This document shows, piece by piece, positions 57,001-59,121 of a stretch of 59,121 bases of DNA. Made by a program: the position numbers and the translations under genes. Below the pieces are notes generated by a model, which was not told where the DNA came from, ran no database searches, and was given only the letters and a program-made list of their open reading frames with translations. This stretch comes from a virus (taxonomy: Duplodnaviria; Caudoviricetes), in the IMG/VR virus record IMGVR_UViG_3300025154_000106, positions 1 through 59,121 of that record; one strand, written 5' to 3'. The number at the start of each line of letters is the position of its first letter. Position 1 is the stretch's first letter.

Positions 57001-59121
57001 TAGAGTCCTCTGGAGTATTAGAGTTACTGGCAGGTACTGGTAAAGTAACCAGAGAACAGATCATAAAAGCTCTGGATGAGAATGAACGCTTTATTGTTTC
57101 AGTTCCCAGAGGAAAGACAAAAGAGTGGCAGATCAACATACTTGATTACAACCATTCCAACCGGGCTAACATTACAGCTGATTTAGTTTCAGAAGAGTTA
57201 GCTGATGGGAACATAGCCATCGGGTTGAAAGTAAAGAGTATGGCTGGAGATCTGGATGAACGATCTAAGCAACGGTTACTTAGATGGGCAGCAGAAAACC
57301 AGTACAGCTTTATTGAATTCTCCCCATCACAGATAGAACGCTTTCCTACAATTACTGTTCAAGGTGTATTCGCTGAGGGTACGTATGGTATTACTTCCTT
57401 TATAAAGGGAGAGCTGGATAAGCAACAGGCAATCATTCGTGGATTTACAAATGCTAACCCAACAACTGCTATGGAAGAACTGTTCCACGCTTTTGAACCA
57501 TTCCTACCAGCTGAACATTATAAAGTTCTGGACGAGTGGGCAGGGAAGATAGCAAAGAAACAGATGAAAGCCAACCCCAATATTGGATTACCTTTTGATA
57601 ACTTGAAGAGTGAGGTAATGGCGAAGGGTTTCCAGAAGCATGTCGTTACGGGTAAGGGCGTACCGAAAGACATAGCTGAGATCTTTGATACGATGAGGAA
57701 TACCATGCTGGCTATTTATCGAAAGATGAAAGACTGGTTTGCTGGCATTGAAGTTACTCCAGAAGTAGAACAAGTATTCAATAAGATGTTGGATGCTGAC
57801 TATGTAGCTGAGAGAGTAAAGAATGTACCAAAGCCAAAGAGATCACAGAAGCCTCTATATCAACAGGTTGGAGACACAGAAGGTAAGAGAATTGTAGATC
57901 CTTTCTACTTGAAGTCTGCTGATATAGTAAACCGATTAGTTCCAGAGAAGACAACAGCTGGAAAAGTTGGGGCTATATTGAAGAACAACATTAAGAAAGA
58001 AGAGTACGAGTGGTTGGGGTTGAATGACTTTTTGAAGGGTAAGGATAAGGTTACCAAGCAAGAAATGTTAGACTACATAAAGCAGAACAACGTAGAGATT
58101 GTTGAGATAAAGAAAGGTGATTGGAGAGGTGCTGACCATGAGCTGCAGAGCAACATATCAAAGAGAGTAGATGTACTATTTGAACATACAGAAGCTACTG
58201 GAAGAGCAGCAGGTGTTAGTGATGTTGAAGCTCGTGCTGCTGTTGAATCTTTTGTAAAAAGCTCTGATGCAGATGTAGCACTAGAAGTAAATAGTATAGC
58301 TAGAATATATCCAGACCTTAAAAATTATGAACCGCTTATAAAAGCACGGGAAGTATGGAAGAGAATAAGTCGTACTGCTAAAGTACCAACAACCTTTGAA
58401 TCACTCACAATTCCTGGGGGGAAAAACTATAGAGAGCTATTACTTACTCTTCCAGAGCTGGAGCCACAGTTTTTTGTAGAGCAGCATTGGGGCGATATAC
58501 CAAATGTGTTTGGACATATTCGTATGCAGGAATTCGCAGACGTAGATGGAAAGCGTGTTCTATTTATTGAGGAAATTCAATCTGACCTACATCAGAAGGG
58601 CAGAAAGTTAGGATATGGTAAGCCACTTACTGAGCACCCACAGGTTAAGTTAGAGGATTTTGAGATAGTTCCAAGTATGTATGGAAGGTACAGAATAGCT
58701 CTTCCGCACAATGGATCTCAGTGGGAAATATTTATGGACACTGCTGATGGCACACCAGCTGGGTGGATAAACCTGGTAGATGATATGGTTTATGATACAC
58801 CAAGAGAAGCTGTGGATGGATTAAACACATACTTTAAGGGTATTACTTTAAGGGATTGGAACAGAGGGATTAGTGGAATACCCAATGCCCCATTCAAAGA
58901 TACATGGGAAGAGTTAGCACTCAAGAGAATAACGAGACTGGCAAGTGAAGAAGGATATGATAGAGTAGCATGGACTACAGGTAAGATGCAGGCTGATAGG
59001 TATGCTCTTACAAACTATGTAGATGAAATATCATACAAGAAAAATGCTAATGGAAACTACACAATCTATGCAAAACCAAAAAATAGTCAGACTGCCATAG
59101 ACAATATTGCTGGGCAGGATA
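51012..59121 (+). CDS. Giant internal virion/large polyvalent protein (>=2703 aa), 3'-truncated
   Basis: ATG 51012 after AGGA. The same frame is still coding at 57471 and at the window end, and its absence from the ORF track is consistent with no stop. Contains PGGKNYRELLLTLP, VLFIEEIQSDLHQ and PNAPFKDTW..LALKR motifs of large polyvalent proteins. Confidence 0.85.
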   Translation, partial: MVDAFWKTGQFAQLLSAVREQRAKQSAINNYASTFTQAVNKSKTEKPPVDPNKKALFDWGQRTYGVKIPTQTVDPALRLDDRKQALLHNQFFADKRVADSIEQARISAWQRDQTFKSQQVKKDVLTGKIEKPAGQTFEEWNQARLEEENALAASIKFDPELKPGDKLYLDYKQNVVTNKPTELELFKYMGVYIPVERNKAGNLSYPEGYEDLVIDMTKLQDATYTPEVDIFLRGLESKYETAKPPTFASNIQPTGTPAYLNVLTNEITNDQTQIPLYWDQDTKQVTQFEENYKGEKNSPVVLNQETLDSLGTGLQQAMQVYIANEQNADWGVGSNPAAVSMIAPIVTRENVLDGVTVRFPSATNQQETQTVNLDPVTNAPTFLEKFPEKPEFIRNLPEPLSNGLAANIFSATWWEVMWGGNVTKQLMNTPTSKFMSKPILGTVSLNTVMAGAGVGFTLLYNIPTTLVRQTTWLFGNEKAGEDLNNSWENFEDKLSVLRQSYNMDKAKSINKNETKTNQIDEARATTQSISEELVKWRSGTVKGWDKLSDQQKVTRIADLEAQWEKSLEYEAALNKLQADTIGKFSEQAGYSAQYYRAGNLPVATAELAYGYEKLYEGADWNLAKQYAGSVKEHMFTPNLLDLQNRGRIPQEQIHFMLGVRGMSEPEISSFEQFINSGYVTSNILSNVDNDTKASMQRNQTTTVLGANMLFLQDVAKKSIETGRTMTTAEQYDYLVDEWLPKYLYNSATNPKRLENTYYNTNQQLTADMANTMFQQLQVSNNYLAMASQYEEGSPEQQEVLNNAKTWMDEAYRLGDRVIEYHSRSGNLNPYAAWTYNLSEEKKNEFRKNVVEAMFQAGRLLSMEEITQISYITQDPALEMLGEIFLDVNNLALPIVAGLSKSLIKSLGRVAMKVPFIGKSATAISNNTIVKTLLDRSVQTVASKQGKAATNIFWSVAQTKPATESEFVKQVSNIAAWAKQATTVTDELTEGAAKLLKETPFRGVPPTISAQESLIQLARTIDPDEWAGIAAKAWEATHEFYVKGVTKQILSQNPGKLISDPVIANNISDAVERLVASYRGTSRLGQEFGEAFRQTSLRGNLVKLGSNLVPKDTIYGAIAQKYGTTRAGQLLGGIAEVQSRFMKAWIWATLARRPAWAIFNFVDNTFRYTMASIRYGGQFGDDMKAMLKMYGDTEGVMKTVKQGQYNVKAEIESSGLMSLTDEAFTKAASMGIDKNMLSQNPLSFLSYYKSFVQINGTGKNLLGKVLGTFTAFPASIKALNNSIEMGMKTMMYIRFYEKNIAKMNHLFLTDVISHLSEVVQAKGLSAIEADMIQKHVLNSINSSGGNAAKLYDLLRHNRVDPKLSGYNIYIPESLRNAEWFDEAAQRAFLYDVTTRFQKFQARLAKSNVKEILPEHLDQFFDETLSVLQAESNMIVQGMNRDYSIVTGAEIGSNGEQVKAARYSKSIEKELKGVDKDTADFLKNLDDSKPFDRKTKGKIKKYLQDNDIKFEDTDEGLKDGLAKLRAKRDEYPDSQPRAATPEELKAIDENKEGVLTNSEELTGWDANVHSADDKVSGKWNERALWESKTHEAIAQIENVKGFSGLTPAELTKLQSIAKGMLDRTNNISSRVNKFFREVYPGPGMINNKARWEDYYARVINQLDNRIGYQNAEVLVPLQNGTLKATADVNMEDILQLSGIELLYDTDGMITSFRAINPFSGKPELVENTVFVNQLKRRLGINTKADARRGLVDDYFKIKGQAPVGEMERINIAYSLKVPEVRPLETMVADDVRLDLAIREGRNQDAAVLLAEKFQFPLMYEKGGQLLPNYAHLLNKAKKELGLKGDDAIKTLNDIKPEDLYKVLKNWYETTTGVTLASIKGNLKEGMVKAISNIFNTPTNIAEGIFETYNRLALTIGKHMGGKSEAEVWQDVLYGVMKAGDSGAVDVVRATDTLFWFNTEVRNYVTNLVGNGKVVKGIKRPITKAELLKALKKRFNQERLESSGVLELLAGTGKVTREQIIKALDENERFIVSVPRGKTKEWQINILDYNHSNRANITADLVSEELADGNIAIGLKVKSMAGDLDERSKQRLLRWAAENQYSFIEFSPSQIERFPTITVQGVFAEGTYGITSFIKGELDKQQAIIRGFTNANPTTAMEELFHAFEPFLPAEHYKVLDEWAGKIAKKQMKANPNIGLPFDNLKSEVMAKGFQKHVVTGKGVPKDIAEIFDTMRNTMLAIYRKMKDWFAGIEVTPEVEQVFNKMLDADYVAERVKNVPKPKRSQKPLYQQVGDTEGKRIVDPFYLKSADIVNRLVPEKTTAGKVGAILKNNIKKEEYEWLGLNDFLKGKDKVTKQEMLDYIKQNNVEIVEIKKGDWRGADHELQSNISKRVDVLFEHTEATGRAAGVSDVEARAAVESFVKSSDADVALEVNSIARIYPDLKNYEPLIKAREVWKRISRTAKVPTTFESLTIPGGKNYRELLLTLPELEPQFFVEQHWGDIPNVFGHIRMQEFADVDGKRVLFIEEIQSDLHQKGRKLGYGKPLTEHPQVKLEDFEIVPSMYGRYRIALPHNGSQWEIFMDTADGTPAGWINLVDDMVYDTPREAVDGLNTYFKGITLRDWNRGISGIPNAPFKDTWEELALKRITRLASEEGYDRVAWTTGKMQADRYALTNYVDEISYKKNANGNYTIYAKPKNSQTAIDNIAGQD

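Noticed and set aside
51676-57773. Many short - strand ORFs in the track (and similar antisense ORFs elsewhere)
   Set aside because: They are shadows of long, motif-supported genes on the opposite strand, with no recognisable motifs.
1-59121. Window as a closed circular genome
   Set aside because: The giant ORF ends with one leftover base while the ORF at base 1 begins on a codon boundary. Direct joining gives an early stop and I saw no terminal overlap, so sequence is probably missing.
1-59121. Stop-codon reassignment
   Set aside because: Core genes are full length in code 11, and TAA, TAG and TGA all end tightly coupled genes.

Overview
This window is a near-complete genome of a tailed dsDNA bacteriophage with podovirus-like architecture, read in the standard genetic code. 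The + strand carries the morphogenesis genes: accessory fibre/lectin genes, TerL, portal, internal proteins and a giant (>=2703 aa) polyvalent protein that runs off the right edge. Its probable C-terminus is at 1-1341, followed by scaffold, N4-gp56-like major capsid protein, tail, fibre and GH25 lysis genes. The - strand carries replication/recombination genes (SNF2, primase, DnaB, PolA, UDG-like, RecA, RuvC) and a cluster of small early genes, several acidic. I found no integrase, RNA polymerase, reverse transcriptase, tRNA or CRISPR array. The host is probably monoderm, possibly Chloroflexota (inference only). The most unusual signals are regulatory: (1) a 15-bp palindrome AAGYAAC-N-GTTRCTT found 11 times, plus 2 near matches, across the genome and inside CDSs; (2) three promoters sharing an 11-bp-spaced CTCTAAT tandem box, together with an orphan atypical OmpR-family regulator; (3) a candidate sRNA with two anti-Shine-Dalgarno motifs matching the GAAAGGA RBS class of the early genes; (4) an HTH protein fused to a Csx16-like domain. 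All protein calls come from motif recognition by eye, not from database searches.
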